Below are positions 26,274-34,989 of a stretch of DNA of 64,000 bases, in pieces (within the stretch, counting starts at the first letter, position 1; each line of letters begins with the position of its first letter). The stretch is taken from the IMG/VR virus record IMGVR_UViG_3300030099_008323, positions 32,001 to 96,000 of that record; one strand, given 5' to 3'. Below the pieces are notes generated by a model that was not told the DNA's origin, searched no databases, and was given only the letters and a program-made list of their open reading frames with translations. Position numbers and translations under genes: made by a program. Source of the DNA: a virus.

Positions 26274-27860
26274 TTACCCCTTTAGCAACCAAGAGAAGTT
26301 TTCATACTGTTCTCTTTGTTTGTCAATTTTTTTATCTCGTCGCAACTTATCATATCCTATCATACCTGGTATGCTCGTGTTCAACTTTCTATCCGTAGAA
26401 GACAAAGAAGAAAGAAAAGCTTTTTGATATTGAATATCCCTTTGGTTAACATCATATGCTACTTCCCTAACCCAACACCCAATCGCACAAGCCATGATCA
26501 AATCATCATTATATTTTTTCATAGCCTGTGGTTTGCCGTTGTGCCAAACAAATGTCCTCATTTCATCATGTAATCTTTTTGATTTTATATTAATTAGTTT
26601 ATTTCTAACAAACTCTTCTAATTTAGCGACGATCAAAGGTCTTGTCTTCATTGTAGTTGAAAAGCCAGGTACAACAGAATTCATTCCTTCAGCCTGTAAT
26701 GGATCAACATATTCGTGTGTGGATTTTTTAGAATAATACACATTAGGATATCCTACCTCAATCAGTTTATTTACAACTGTCCAGCCAACAGTGTTGTTCT
26801 CAACTACAATCATACAATTTCCAAATTCTCTACCAATTGATAGAAGCATGTCAGAAAAAACATCTGGAGTGGGCTTTCCTTGATATTCTGCAATTATTTC
26901 ATTTGTTTCAATTTTAAATATCATGAAAGTTGAATAATCTTTTCCGTCTCCTCTAGCTACATCTGCAGCTAGCATATAGTTGCTCTCATTTTCATATTCT
27001 TCCCATATCCACAAATTTCTATCAAAGCCTGTTTTATACTTTGGCTCGCATATATCTTTAGAGATTATTTCTAAATCCTCTGGGTGAAAGACAGTCTCAC
27101 CAGACATGTTGAAATTACATTCAAGCTCTTGTGCGATTTGACGTCGAGACATGTTTCTAGTTTCTTTCTCAAACCAAGATTTGTCTCTTTCAGGATGCAC
27201 ATCCCAAGGTAAAGTTGTGATGTAGAAGTTATTTTTTTCAGACTGCGCATCAACACAAGTTTGGTGAAACCAGTTTCCTACACCATTCGGCGTTGACAAA
27301 GCAATACAGCGCCCACCAGTTGAGAGAGTTGGATAGAGGCCTGTCCATAATTCATCCAAACCTTCAACATGTGCTGCCTCATCAATGACAAGCAAAGATA
27401 AAGCCTCAGAGCGACCAGCATCTGAGCTTGTAGAACTAGCTTTTATTTGTGATCCATTTGATAACTCAAAAGAAGTTCTATTATCAATTGAAATGTTTGA
27501 TATGCGCATCCAGTTTGGTAAATTTTTGTGTATTGATTTTACTTTCTTTACCAAGTTTGCAGCAGTGCCAAATTTTGTGGCTATGACTAGAACATTTTTG
27601 TCGCGGTGAAACAGCATCAGCCAAGCAATATAAGCAGCAGATATAGTAGATATACCTAACTGGCGCGCCTTCAAAACAACGTTAAAGCGATGATCATTAA
27701 AATCATGTAGAAGTGTGGTCTGAAAATCGTAAGTCTTAAAAGGAATTAATCCATGCATCGGATGAGATATTTTAGCATAGTTGTTTATAAAATAAACAGG
27801 ATCCTTGCCAGATTTTAAGATTTCCTTTACTATATCATCTTTTGTTAGCTGAAAAGACAT
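26274..27860 (-). CDS. gp17: Terminase large subunit (gp17-like)
   Basis: Walker A-like LKARQLGIST, Walker B LLVIDEAAH, LSTPNG motif; nuclease AADVARGDGKDYS and NDDLIMA. Confidence 0.95.
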   Translation of the reverse strand: MSFQLTKDDIVKEILKSGKDPVYFINNYAKISHPMHGLIPFKTYDFQTTLLHDFNDHRFNVVLKARQLGISTISAAYIAWLMLFHRDKNVLVIATKFGTAANLVKKVKSIHKNLPNWMRISNISIDNRTSFELSNGSQIKASSTSSDAGRSEALSLLVIDEAAHVEGLDELWTGLYPTLSTGGRCIALSTPNGVGNWFHQTCVDAQSEKNNFYITTLPWDVHPERDKSWFEKETRNMSRRQIAQELECNFNMSGETVFHPEDLEIISKDICEPKYKTGFDRNLWIWEEYENESNYMLAADVARGDGKDYSTFMIFKIETNEIIAEYQGKPTPDVFSDMLLSIGREFGNCMIVVENNTVGWTVVNKLIEVGYPNVYYSKKSTHEYVDPLQAEGMNSVVPGFSTTMKTRPLIVAKLEEFVRNKLINIKSKRLHDEMRTFVWHNGKPQAMKKYNDDLIMACAIGCWVREVAYDVNQRDIQYQKAFLSSLSSTDRKLNTSIPGMIGYDKLRRDKKIDKQREQYENFSWLLKG

Positions 27861-28406
27861 CTAGGACTTAGGGCTTTTTTGATTTTTATTGACTGGGCCA
27901 CTTCCCCAAGCGCCTTGGTCTAAAAAATCTTTAAAGTTTTTCTCAAGCTCTTCGCGGCTAGGATCTAAAACGTCTAACACATCACCCATATTACCAATGC
28001 TGTATAGACATCTGGCAGTTGCCCAACAACGCACTCGACTTGAAGACTCAACTCTAATTTTAACATCACCTTGTTTAGTCAAAGTTAGGTTACTGTTTGT
28101 GTTGGCCTTAAATCTTTTTTTAAGTTCAGACACTATCTTATTCATCATTTTTTGAGTTTCCGCTTCAAAATCCTGGCTATAGATTTCTTTTAGTTTAATA
28201 TCAGAATGATATGATAATATTAAAGTCTTACCGGATACTCCAATGTTAAATCCATCCATAACCCGGGAATCATATATAGGGTGGCCAGTATGTCTTTTCA
28301 TGCCAAAATCAAGAGGCTCACCGTCAGCAGTGAGGGCGCCATCATAGCCAATATCCGCTGCGGCTTGAGCGATCCCTTCTAGAATTTCAAGTACTTTTTT
28401 CGACAT
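27861..28406 (-). CDS. Hypothetical protein upstream of terminase
   Basis: 181-aa ORF abutting the terminase start; no recognised family. Confidence 0.7.
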   Translation of the reverse strand: MSKKVLEILEGIAQAAADIGYDGALTADGEPLDFGMKRHTGHPIYDSRVMDGFNIGVSGKTLILSYHSDIKLKEIYSQDFEAETQKMMNKIVSELKKRFKANTNSNLTLTKQGDVKIRVESSSRVRCWATARCLYSIGNMGDVLDVLDPSREELEKNFKDFLDQGAWGSGPVNKNQKSPKS

Positions 28407-28421
28407 TTTTTAATCTCCAAT

Positions 28422-28787
28422 TTATTTATTATTTTTGCAAGGGACATGTCTTTCATATTTTTCTATATAACATCTCTCACAGCACAAGTACTTAATCATG
28501 TAAATATCGTCATTAATTGATTTAATTCTTGTATTACACAGAGTACAATTTAATTTTCTCTCTTTATTAAGTAGTTTGCGGGTTATTAAAACACCGTCAA
28601 CATTTTCTAGTTCAGACGTGTGCTCAAAAGACTTCTCTTTATCAATACGCTCTTGTAATTGTTGTATATATTCTTCTTCTTTATCTCTGTTCCAATAACT
28701 AGCTGGATTCTGTATAGCCTCTTCACCATATTTTTTTTTAATTGCCTTTTCAAGACCAGCTATATAATTTAGATCTTTTTTGCTCAT
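28422..28787 (-). CDS. Small zinc-finger protein
   Basis: Start moved to ATG 28787 (ATGA overlap); MSKKDLNYIAGLEKAIKKKYG...CTLC...CCERC. Confidence 0.65.
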   Translation of the reverse strand: MSKKDLNYIAGLEKAIKKKYGEEAIQNPASYWNRDKEEEYIQQLQERIDKEKSFEHTSELENVDGVLITRKLLNKERKLNCTLCNTRIKSINDDIYMIKYLCCERCYIEKYERHVPCKNNK

Positions 28788-29242
28788 CTTGCAATTTCCA
28801 CGCTGGCGTAAAATACCGCCACAGATAATAATATTCCAATTGTTACTCCTCCTAATACCCACCACTCTGTGTGGCTGGGCTTCATTTCTTCTTTCAACAT
28901 TAAATTTAAATCGTTTATCTGCTGCTCTTTTATTTTAATTGTTTCTTCATGTATCTTCTTTAACGAATCATGGTCAATCCTTAGAAGATCGTAAGCCATT
29001 CTTTTATCAGCTAAATCTTTTTGAAACTCTTTCCTTAGCTCCAGCTCAATTTCCATGCGAAGATACTTCTGATCTACAATCATCTTTGATGCCGCAACAG
29101 AATCAAGTAAAACACCAGCAAATGGCGCTTCCTCATCGATAGCAAGAGAAGTTACTCTACCATCTAGCCCTTCAGCATTAGCTTGAAGGGGGAATACAAA
29201 AATAGCCAACGCCACAAATAAAGATATTATTTTTCTTAGCAT
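28784..29242 (-). CDS. Signal peptide + coiled coil + C-terminal TM protein
   Basis: N-terminal signal ending ANA-E, periplasmic coiled coil, C-terminal hydrophobic WWVLGGVTIGILLSVAVFYA. Confidence 0.7.
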   Translation of the reverse strand: MLRKIISLFVALAIFVFPLQANAEGLDGRVTSLAIDEEAPFAGVLLDSVAASKMIVDQKYLRMEIELELRKEFQKDLADKRMAYDLLRIDHDSLKKIHEETIKIKEQQINDLNLMLKEEMKPSHTEWWVLGGVTIGILLSVAVFYASVEIAR

Positions 29243-29245
29243 ATA

Positions 29246-29647
29246 TCACCCTTTTTTTAAGAACTCTGAACTTAAAATTTTTGCAATGTCCTCTGCTAAC
29301 TTTTCAGGTCTATCTTTGTTTTTTTCAATTGTTTCTGCAAGCTCTTTTTGCTTTTCAATTTCAAGCTCTTCAACTTTGATATCATGTTCTTCTTCAATTT
29401 TTCTGATTTCTTCAACGTGTTCTTCAACAGCTTGCTCTTTTTTAACGTCTTTTTGTTCATTGACTTCCTTTATAACTTTTATTTCTTTTTCGTAATTCTC
29501 TTTAGACTTCATCAAAAGACCAAAAAGCTTCTCTTTCAAGCCTTTACTGGACACCATTGAAAATATCAACAATATTATTATAGCAGGCCAATACCAATAA
29601 TGTTTAACCCAAGTCCAAACTTTTTTCCAAAAAAGTGCGGAAAGCAT
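29246..29647 (-). CDS. N-terminal TM + charged coiled-coil protein (i-spanin-like topology)
   Basis: True start probably ATG 29647 (TAATG overlap with the Cys-rich peptide): MLSALFWKKVWTWVKHYWYWPAIIILLIFSMV then an E/K-rich coil. Confidence 0.7.
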   Translation of the reverse strand: MLSALFWKKVWTWVKHYWYWPAIIILLIFSMVSSKGLKEKLFGLLMKSKENYEKEIKVIKEVNEQKDVKKEQAVEEHVEEIRKIEEEHDIKVEELEIEKQKELAETIEKNKDRPEKLAEDIAKILSSEFLKKG

Positions 29648-29763
29648 TAGCAACCACCGCAACTCACACACTTGCAGCAAGCGCAGCAAGCTTTGCAGCA
29701 TTCTTCTATGCAGCAGCATGCTCTCTTAAATAAGTTTAAAAATTTCTGTAATAATGATTTCAT
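29647..29763 (-). CDS. 38-aa cysteine-rich micropeptide (metallothionein-like)
   Basis: Not in track; MKSLLQKFLNLFKRACCCIEECCKACCACCKCVSCGGC*; AGGAG SD 7 nt upstream; stop overlaps the next ATG. Confidence 0.75.
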   Translation of the reverse strand: MKSLLQKFLNLFKRACCCIEECCKACCACCKCVSCGGC

Positions 29764-29779
29764 TTGTTTTCTCCTGTAA

Positions 29780-30049
29780 TTATTGATTAAAGCGCCCTAG
29801 TCGATGGATAATTCTATCCAAATGTACTTCAGTTTTCATATCTCTAAGAGAACTCAAGGCTAAATCCATGCTATCATATTTCAAGCCTCTTGCTCCTTTT
29901 CTAAGACCCTCAAGTACTTGCTTTAGCCTTGCAGCTGCCATTTGTATTTGTTTGGCGGCTTCGATTCCCTCCTCGGGACTAAAAGCAGACTCAGCATTCT
30001 CCAGCTCTTCTTTAATAATTTGTTTTAATTTTGATCTTGTAATCTTCAC
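29780..30049 (-). CDS. Hypothetical protein with MKITRSKLKQIIKEELE N-terminus
   Basis: GTG 30049 overlaps the upstream TGA and has GGAGG 9 nt upstream. Confidence 0.65.
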   Translation of the reverse strand: MKITRSKLKQIIKEELENAESAFSPEEGIEAAKQIQMAAARLKQVLEGLRKGARGLKYDSMDLALSSLRDMKTEVHLDRIIHRLGRFNQ

Positions 30050-30240
30050 TTTCCGTGCCTCCATTGTGTTGCGAGGTCGACAAGTGCTTGTGACCCAATA
30101 TAAGCTAATGTGACTGCAACCCAGTCCTCGCTAGTCAAAGCGTTCATATAAACGAGATACGTAGCTGTACCCCACGCTAAAAACTTTCTTGAAATAAATC
30201 GCTCGACGTGTTTGTCAAGCCATGCTCTTACTTGTGACAT
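30046..30240 (-). CDS. Small two-TM membrane protein, holin-like
   Basis: 64 aa; SRKFLAWGTATYLVYM and WVAVTLAYIGSQALVD hydrophobic segments with a basic C-terminus, resembling small phage holins (SRKF motif). Confidence 0.55.
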   Translation of the reverse strand: MSQVRAWLDKHVERFISRKFLAWGTATYLVYMNALTSEDWVAVTLAYIGSQALVDLATQWRHGK

Positions 30241-30261
30241 AATATAGACCCCCTAACATAC

Positions 30262-30269
30262 TAAATAGT
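30262..30269 (-). promoter_or_regulatory. Putative late-promoter motif ACTATTTA
   Basis: Exact motif, 21 nt before ATG 30240. Confidence 0.6.
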
Positions 30270-30296
30270 TTAAATTTTACTAATAAGCCACATCTC

Positions 30297-30695
30297 TTAA
30301 AGACCTGTGAATGTAATTCTTTCACGATCGATACCCATATTATTTTTCCTAAGAAGATCTTGTATACTATCTCGCACAGCTTCTTTTTGTGAGTCCGTAA
30401 TTTTCTTATATGTATCGCGCAGTTCATCATCTGTCATGCTAGTTTTAGTTAGAGATCTCATAAGATCAATGAAAATTTCAGGTGTGACCTGTATGTTATT
30501 AACAACTTTTACAACCGGCCTTATCTTTATCTGCTCTTCTTCTGACTCCGGCGGGAGCTGTGGCGTCGACACATCTAAACTTTGGCCTCCAATCGTTGAT
30601 CCATGGTCTTGGTCAGAATATGGAAGAGATCTACCTCCGCGAGTAGCTTCAGACTCACTAACATATCTTCTCCAATTTTCAAACAATTGTTTCAT
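30297..30695 (-). CDS. Hypothetical protein with MKQLFENWRRYVSE N-terminus
   Basis: 132-aa ORF; promoter motif 5 nt upstream and no SD. Confidence 0.65.
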   Translation of the reverse strand: MKQLFENWRRYVSESEATRGGRSLPYSDQDHGSTIGGQSLDVSTPQLPPESEEEQIKIRPVVKVVNNIQVTPEIFIDLMRSLTKTSMTDDELRDTYKKITDSQKEAVRDSIQDLLRKNNMGIDRERITFTGL

Positions 30696-30700
30696 AGTTA

Positions 30701-30708
30701 TAAATAGT
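30701..30708 (-). promoter_or_regulatory. Putative late-promoter motif ACTATTTA (leaderless arrangement)
   Basis: Exact motif only 5 nt before ATG 30695. Confidence 0.55.
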
Positions 30709-30730
30709 CATACTTTTGCTCTTTTACCAG

Positions 30731-31774
30731 TTATGTTGTGGTATCATATTCCCATACGCATGTTACAAAAGTATCGTTCATGCCAGCATTAGGGTTAATA
30801 CTAACTGCCAAAGTATCACCAGCAGAAAAACTATGTGACTGAGATGTAAAATCAAATGTTTGAGTTGTATCAACTGCCAAAGATGCAGTCACAGCTGCGA
30901 CTGCGGCAGAGTTTTCATTGACCTCTAATCCAACTGCAGTCGCACCAGATGCTCCACCTCCAGACGCTCCAGCACACTTTATTAAAACTTTTACTAGCTT
31001 TCCATCATAGGGCGCAATCCAGTGGGTCCATTCACTAGCAGCGTGGCTTGATGCATTAACATCTGATGTAGTGTTAATAGGTAAATAGCGAAGAACAGAA
31101 GAGTTCCCATCGTTAAAAGAGTGATGAGTAAAATAATAATATTTAGCTTTTATAGTACTGGAAAAGCGAAATTCAGCTTCATCTTCCATCCAAGTTATTG
31201 TGCCATCATTACTATTTGCATTGAAGGTTAAAACAACATCCGTATCTCCGCCCTCGCCAATGCTAACGGCATCAGACTGCAAATCAATTAAAGTACCAGC
31301 GTCTAAGACAATATCTGTAGCTACAATCTCTAAATCATTTGCAGTTGGCGAGTTAATAAAAGAGTTAGTATCTCTAAAATTAATTTTGCCTGCGGCTCCA
31401 AGCGTCAAGTCTGTGCCATCAAAAGTAAGACTAGATTCAACAGCAAAAGTATTATCACTAGTGACCCAAGAGATAATTCCATTATCGGTATCACCCGAAA
31501 CAGACCTTGCGGACCCGCCGGCGCCTGAGGCCGTTGTCTTAATAACTCTATTATCTGAGTTTAAGGCTAAAAAACTAGCAGTATTCGCGATGGATCCAGC
31601 AGCGATATTTTGAAAATTAACGCCACCTTCAACTTTTAGATCCCCGCCCACGTGAAGAGTCGACTGTGGTTTTGTTTTGCCAACACCAATTCTAGTGTTT
31701 TTTTCATCTAAAAATAAAGTTTTGCCATCATTTAATAGCTTCTGAAGTTCTCTTTTTTTAGATGGAGTAGGCAT
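30731..31774 (-). CDS. Fibre/spike-like virion protein
   Basis: RIGVGKTKPQSTLHVGG fibre motif; ESSLTFDGTDLTL segment resembles repeats in 17901..20627; beta-sandwich-like C-terminus. Confidence 0.65.
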   Translation of the reverse strand: MPTPSKKRELQKLLNDGKTLFLDEKNTRIGVGKTKPQSTLHVGGDLKVEGGVNFQNIAAGSIANTASFLALNSDNRVIKTTASGAGGSARSVSGDTDNGIISWVTSDNTFAVESSLTFDGTDLTLGAAGKINFRDTNSFINSPTANDLEIVATDIVLDAGTLIDLQSDAVSIGEGGDTDVVLTFNANSNDGTITWMEDEAEFRFSSTIKAKYYYFTHHSFNDGNSSVLRYLPINTTSDVNASSHAASEWTHWIAPYDGKLVKVLIKCAGASGGGASGATAVGLEVNENSAAVAAVTASLAVDTTQTFDFTSQSHSFSAGDTLAVSINPNAGMNDTFVTCVWEYDTTT

Positions 31775-31778
31775 GTAA

Positions 31779-31786
31779 TAAATAGT
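31779..31786 (-). promoter_or_regulatory. Putative late-promoter motif ACTATTTA (leaderless arrangement)
   Basis: Exact motif filling the 12-nt gap, 4 nt before ATG 31774. Confidence 0.55.
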
Positions 31787-34700
31787 CTACTCATTAACAT
31801 ATGCCTTGCCTTCTATTTTCTCAATCATAATTTGCCTGTCGACAATATCCTTCAGAGAATCTAAGTGTGATATTAAAAGCACAGTTTTAAACTGAGTTTT
31901 GATCATATCTAAAATTCTAATAAATCCTTCCATATTTTCAGCATCCAAAGCAGTGCCTGGCTCATCCAAGATGAATATGTCACCTTTTGGAAGTGTTGAT
32001 ACATTTAATAAAGCAAGGCGAATGGCCATAGCTGCAATAGTTTTCTCTGCTCCGGAGCCCATCTCAATTGGGCGTGCGTCATAACTCGGATGCTTTATCA
32101 GTATATCAAGTTTCTTGTCATCATTTTCAAAGAAAACTTCAAAGTCAACAATGTTTGTCAATATTTTAGAAATCTCATCGTTTATGAGAGGAAGTCTTTT
32201 TTTAATTATATCATATGAAATTCCGTTTGCATGCATGCAGCGCATAAAAAGATCAGCGGTTGTATAGGCCTGCTGCATATCTTCATAGCTATTTCGCTGT
32301 GCAATTAACTCCGTATTTTTCTGCTCAAAACGACCAACTGAGGTGTATAAATCGATTAATTCTAATTTTTGTGTTTCTACTATCTTCTCCAAAGATAATA
32401 TTTCTTGTGATAGGTGTACTTCTTGTTTCTGTAGATCTTCAAGATTTTCTATAACTTCTCTATTTTCTTCATAAAGCTTCTCTTTTTCTTCTAAGGTTTC
32501 TAAAAGAGAGCTAGCTTTTAAAAGTTTAATCTTATCTTTCTCAATATCAATTTTTAGAGTTGACACCTCATTTCTTATAGCTACACCTCTCTCTTGAAGA
32601 AGAATATATTTACTAGAATATTCATCTAGCTTGTCGACATTCATTTCGTCTAACTTATTCTGTAAAGTTTTTTTATTTAGAGTTAGTTGATTTAAGCCAA
32701 TTTTAACTCTGTTTGTGTCATCGATTGCATATCTAGCATCAGAAACAAAATAACATTTTTCTTGCAGCTTGTGATTACACGGAGCAGATTTAAGCAATTC
32801 AATTTTTTTCTCAATTATCTGCTTTCTTGCCTTGTGCTTTGAAATTTTGTCTTCAATTTCCTGCAGCCTTTGTATAAATTCACTTGCAATTTGTTTTTTA
32901 TTATTAACATCTTCAATGTCGAAGCTATCAATAAAATTTTCAATTTTCTGTAGGAGTGCCTCTTCATCAACTACCCTTTCTCTTTTTTTCTTGAGATTGA
33001 CTTCTATCTTTGAAGCTTCAGTTTTAACAGTCTTCAATTTATCTAGAACTTGTTTAATATCAATTACTTCATTAGGAATTGATTTAATTTGATTTTGTAT
33101 GCCGCTTAAAGAATTTTTACAAGTCTGCAAAGCCAATATTTTTTCTTCGCTTAATCTTTGACGATTTAAGAGCTTTGTCTCCACTCTAGCTAGTTCAGTA
33201 TTAGATTGTTTTATTTCTTCATTTAAATTACGATCGGACATCTTACGAATAGCGCCTTTGAGATCGCTTGATTCGTCTTTTGCTAGTTTAAACTTCCGCT
33301 CAAAAATCTCTAAATCTAAAAATTTTGCTAATATTTCTTTTCTTCTTGTAGAACCTTCATTGATATAAGATAGTGATTCCAGCTGACTGGCCATTGAGGT
33401 AGTAAGAAAATCCTCAATTGTTCCAAATATTTTACGAATATTTTTGTCAGTTTGCATCCTGGTGATGCCGTTTAGGCTGGTGCTTACATCAGTTGCGTTA
33501 TCATAAACATTAAACTCTACATCAGTTTTCGCCTCATCAGTTTCTTTTCCTTTTAACTTTTTAGTGTATTTAGTGCTTTTTCTTTCAATACTATAGGTTT
33601 TAGTGCCTATATCAATCTCAACATAGCCGCGGCACCAGTCTTCGTCCTGGTTGATAAGATTAAAATTCTTCCTATTGTTTTTTGAAGTTGTATTGTATAT
33701 GGTATACAGGATACTATCAATAATACTTGATTTACCGGAAAAATTTTTTCCTAAGATGCCAACAATCCCCTCCATTTTTGAAAAATCAATACAATTTGAT
33801 TCTCCATAATTAAAAAGATTATCCCACGCGACTTTACTAAACTTCCAATTAATGTTTCTTCTTACATCCTCCTCATCTTCAACAACAGCGTTAAATTTTC
33901 TGTTCATATCAAAAACTTGTTTGAGCGCGGTAGAGCTTGGTTGGTAGTCCTTTAAGTATTCGTCAATAAACTCCTCTTGTACTGCGATATCGCGGAGATC
34001 TTCTTGAATTAAGCCATTTGTTAGTTCTTCAACAGAGCCTCTGTCGCCGGCAGATTTGTTCAAATAAGTAATGGCCTCGGGCTTAAAACGCACCTTAGCA
34101 ACATCTACCGCGCGCCTAACAACATCTAACGGCAAATTATTCTCAGAAATTAGCCGTAATCTTGCATTTTTTTGCACTTCAAGCTTATTAGGCAGTCTAC
34201 CTTTAGGAGTCAGTCTAATAGTTATAAAAGGCTTGGGATTGCGTAAAATTATATGCTTGCAAGTAAATGTATCTTTACCTTTGATATCCCAAATCAAAAA
34301 ACCTTTATCGTTGGTTTCCCCGTGGTTTTGTTGTACCGTCGAACCCGGATAACGTATTTTTCCCGCTTTGTCAAGGGCTTGATTGGTTTTGTGTATATCT
34401 CCAAGAAAACCATAATCAAAATTATTAAAAATATTAATATCATCTTCACCGTGCTCCATTGTCCAACCGGTATCAGTTTTTACGCCGCTAATCGAGCCAT
34501 GATACAGAGCAATATTAATTCGCTCGTTGCAGGTGGGATTTTGCCAATTATCTCTATCGAAAACCGAAAGGACATTAATAGTAAATTTCTCATCTAATTT
34601 TGTCTCTCCTGAGTTCTTAAGTAAATATAAGTTTGTGTGATTTAAAGCATCAATAATTGGAGATAAGGCATCTTGACGACTTGAGTTTTTCAAATTACCA

Positions 34701-34942
34701 TCATGATTGCCTAAAATCACATATGTTGGTGCAATATCTGCTAAGCTCGATAAAAAATTTGAGCACATTTCAACAAACTCTGGACTAATTTGAGTTTTTG
34801 TATGGGCAATATCTCCGCAATGTACAATGTAATCGGGCTTTTCTTGTCTCAGCTTCTCATATAAATTTTTAAAAACAGTTCTATATTCTTTGTGATATTT
34901 TAAATTACGAATGTGAGTATCTGCTATGTGTGCAAACTTCAT
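31787..34942 (-). CDS. sbcCD: Mre11-Rad50 (SbcD-SbcC; gp47-gp46) fusion nuclease/ATPase
   Basis: Metallophosphoesterase motifs ADTH, HCGD, GNHD, LGDIH; then Walker A GKNFSGKSS, Q-loop SMASQ, long coiled coil, signature GSGAE, Walker B FILDEP, H-loop ISH. Start ATG 34942 with GGAG SD. Confidence 0.92.
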   Translation of the reverse strand: MKFAHIADTHIRNLKYHKEYRTVFKNLYEKLRQEKPDYIVHCGDIAHTKTQISPEFVEMCSNFLSSLADIAPTYVILGNHDGNLKNSSRQDALSPIIDALNHTNLYLLKNSGETKLDEKFTINVLSVFDRDNWQNPTCNERINIALYHGSISGVKTDTGWTMEHGEDDINIFNNFDYGFLGDIHKTNQALDKAGKIRYPGSTVQQNHGETNDKGFLIWDIKGKDTFTCKHIILRNPKPFITIRLTPKGRLPNKLEVQKNARLRLISENNLPLDVVRRAVDVAKVRFKPEAITYLNKSAGDRGSVEELTNGLIQEDLRDIAVQEEFIDEYLKDYQPSSTALKQVFDMNRKFNAVVEDEEDVRRNINWKFSKVAWDNLFNYGESNCIDFSKMEGIVGILGKNFSGKSSIIDSILYTIYNTTSKNNRKNFNLINQDEDWCRGYVEIDIGTKTYSIERKSTKYTKKLKGKETDEAKTDVEFNVYDNATDVSTSLNGITRMQTDKNIRKIFGTIEDFLTTSMASQLESLSYINEGSTRRKEILAKFLDLEIFERKFKLAKDESSDLKGAIRKMSDRNLNEEIKQSNTELARVETKLLNRQRLSEEKILALQTCKNSLSGIQNQIKSIPNEVIDIKQVLDKLKTVKTEASKIEVNLKKKRERVVDEEALLQKIENFIDSFDIEDVNNKKQIASEFIQRLQEIEDKISKHKARKQIIEKKIELLKSAPCNHKLQEKCYFVSDARYAIDDTNRVKIGLNQLTLNKKTLQNKLDEMNVDKLDEYSSKYILLQERGVAIRNEVSTLKIDIEKDKIKLLKASSLLETLEEKEKLYEENREVIENLEDLQKQEVHLSQEILSLEKIVETQKLELIDLYTSVGRFEQKNTELIAQRNSYEDMQQAYTTADLFMRCMHANGISYDIIKKRLPLINDEISKILTNIVDFEVFFENDDKKLDILIKHPSYDARPIEMGSGAEKTIAAMAIRLALLNVSTLPKGDIFILDEPGTALDAENMEGFIRILDMIKTQFKTVLLISHLDSLKDIVDRQIMIEKIEGKAYVNE

Positions 34943-34989
34943 GTATTCTCCGGTCATAACAATATAAAAACAAAATATTTATTGTATTG

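Noticed and set aside
29648-29719. Track N-terminal extension MLLHRRMLQSLL... of the 29246 gene, and 28788..28865 extension of the Zn-finger gene
   Set aside because: They overlap better-supported upstream CDSs; coupled starts at 29647 and 28787 fit better.
30215-30430. Minus-strand alternative-frame ORFs (30215..30430, 22986..23309, 47170..47382, 43483..43713 and similar)
   Set aside because: Nested in other frames of supported genes, with no SD, coupling or recognisable motif.
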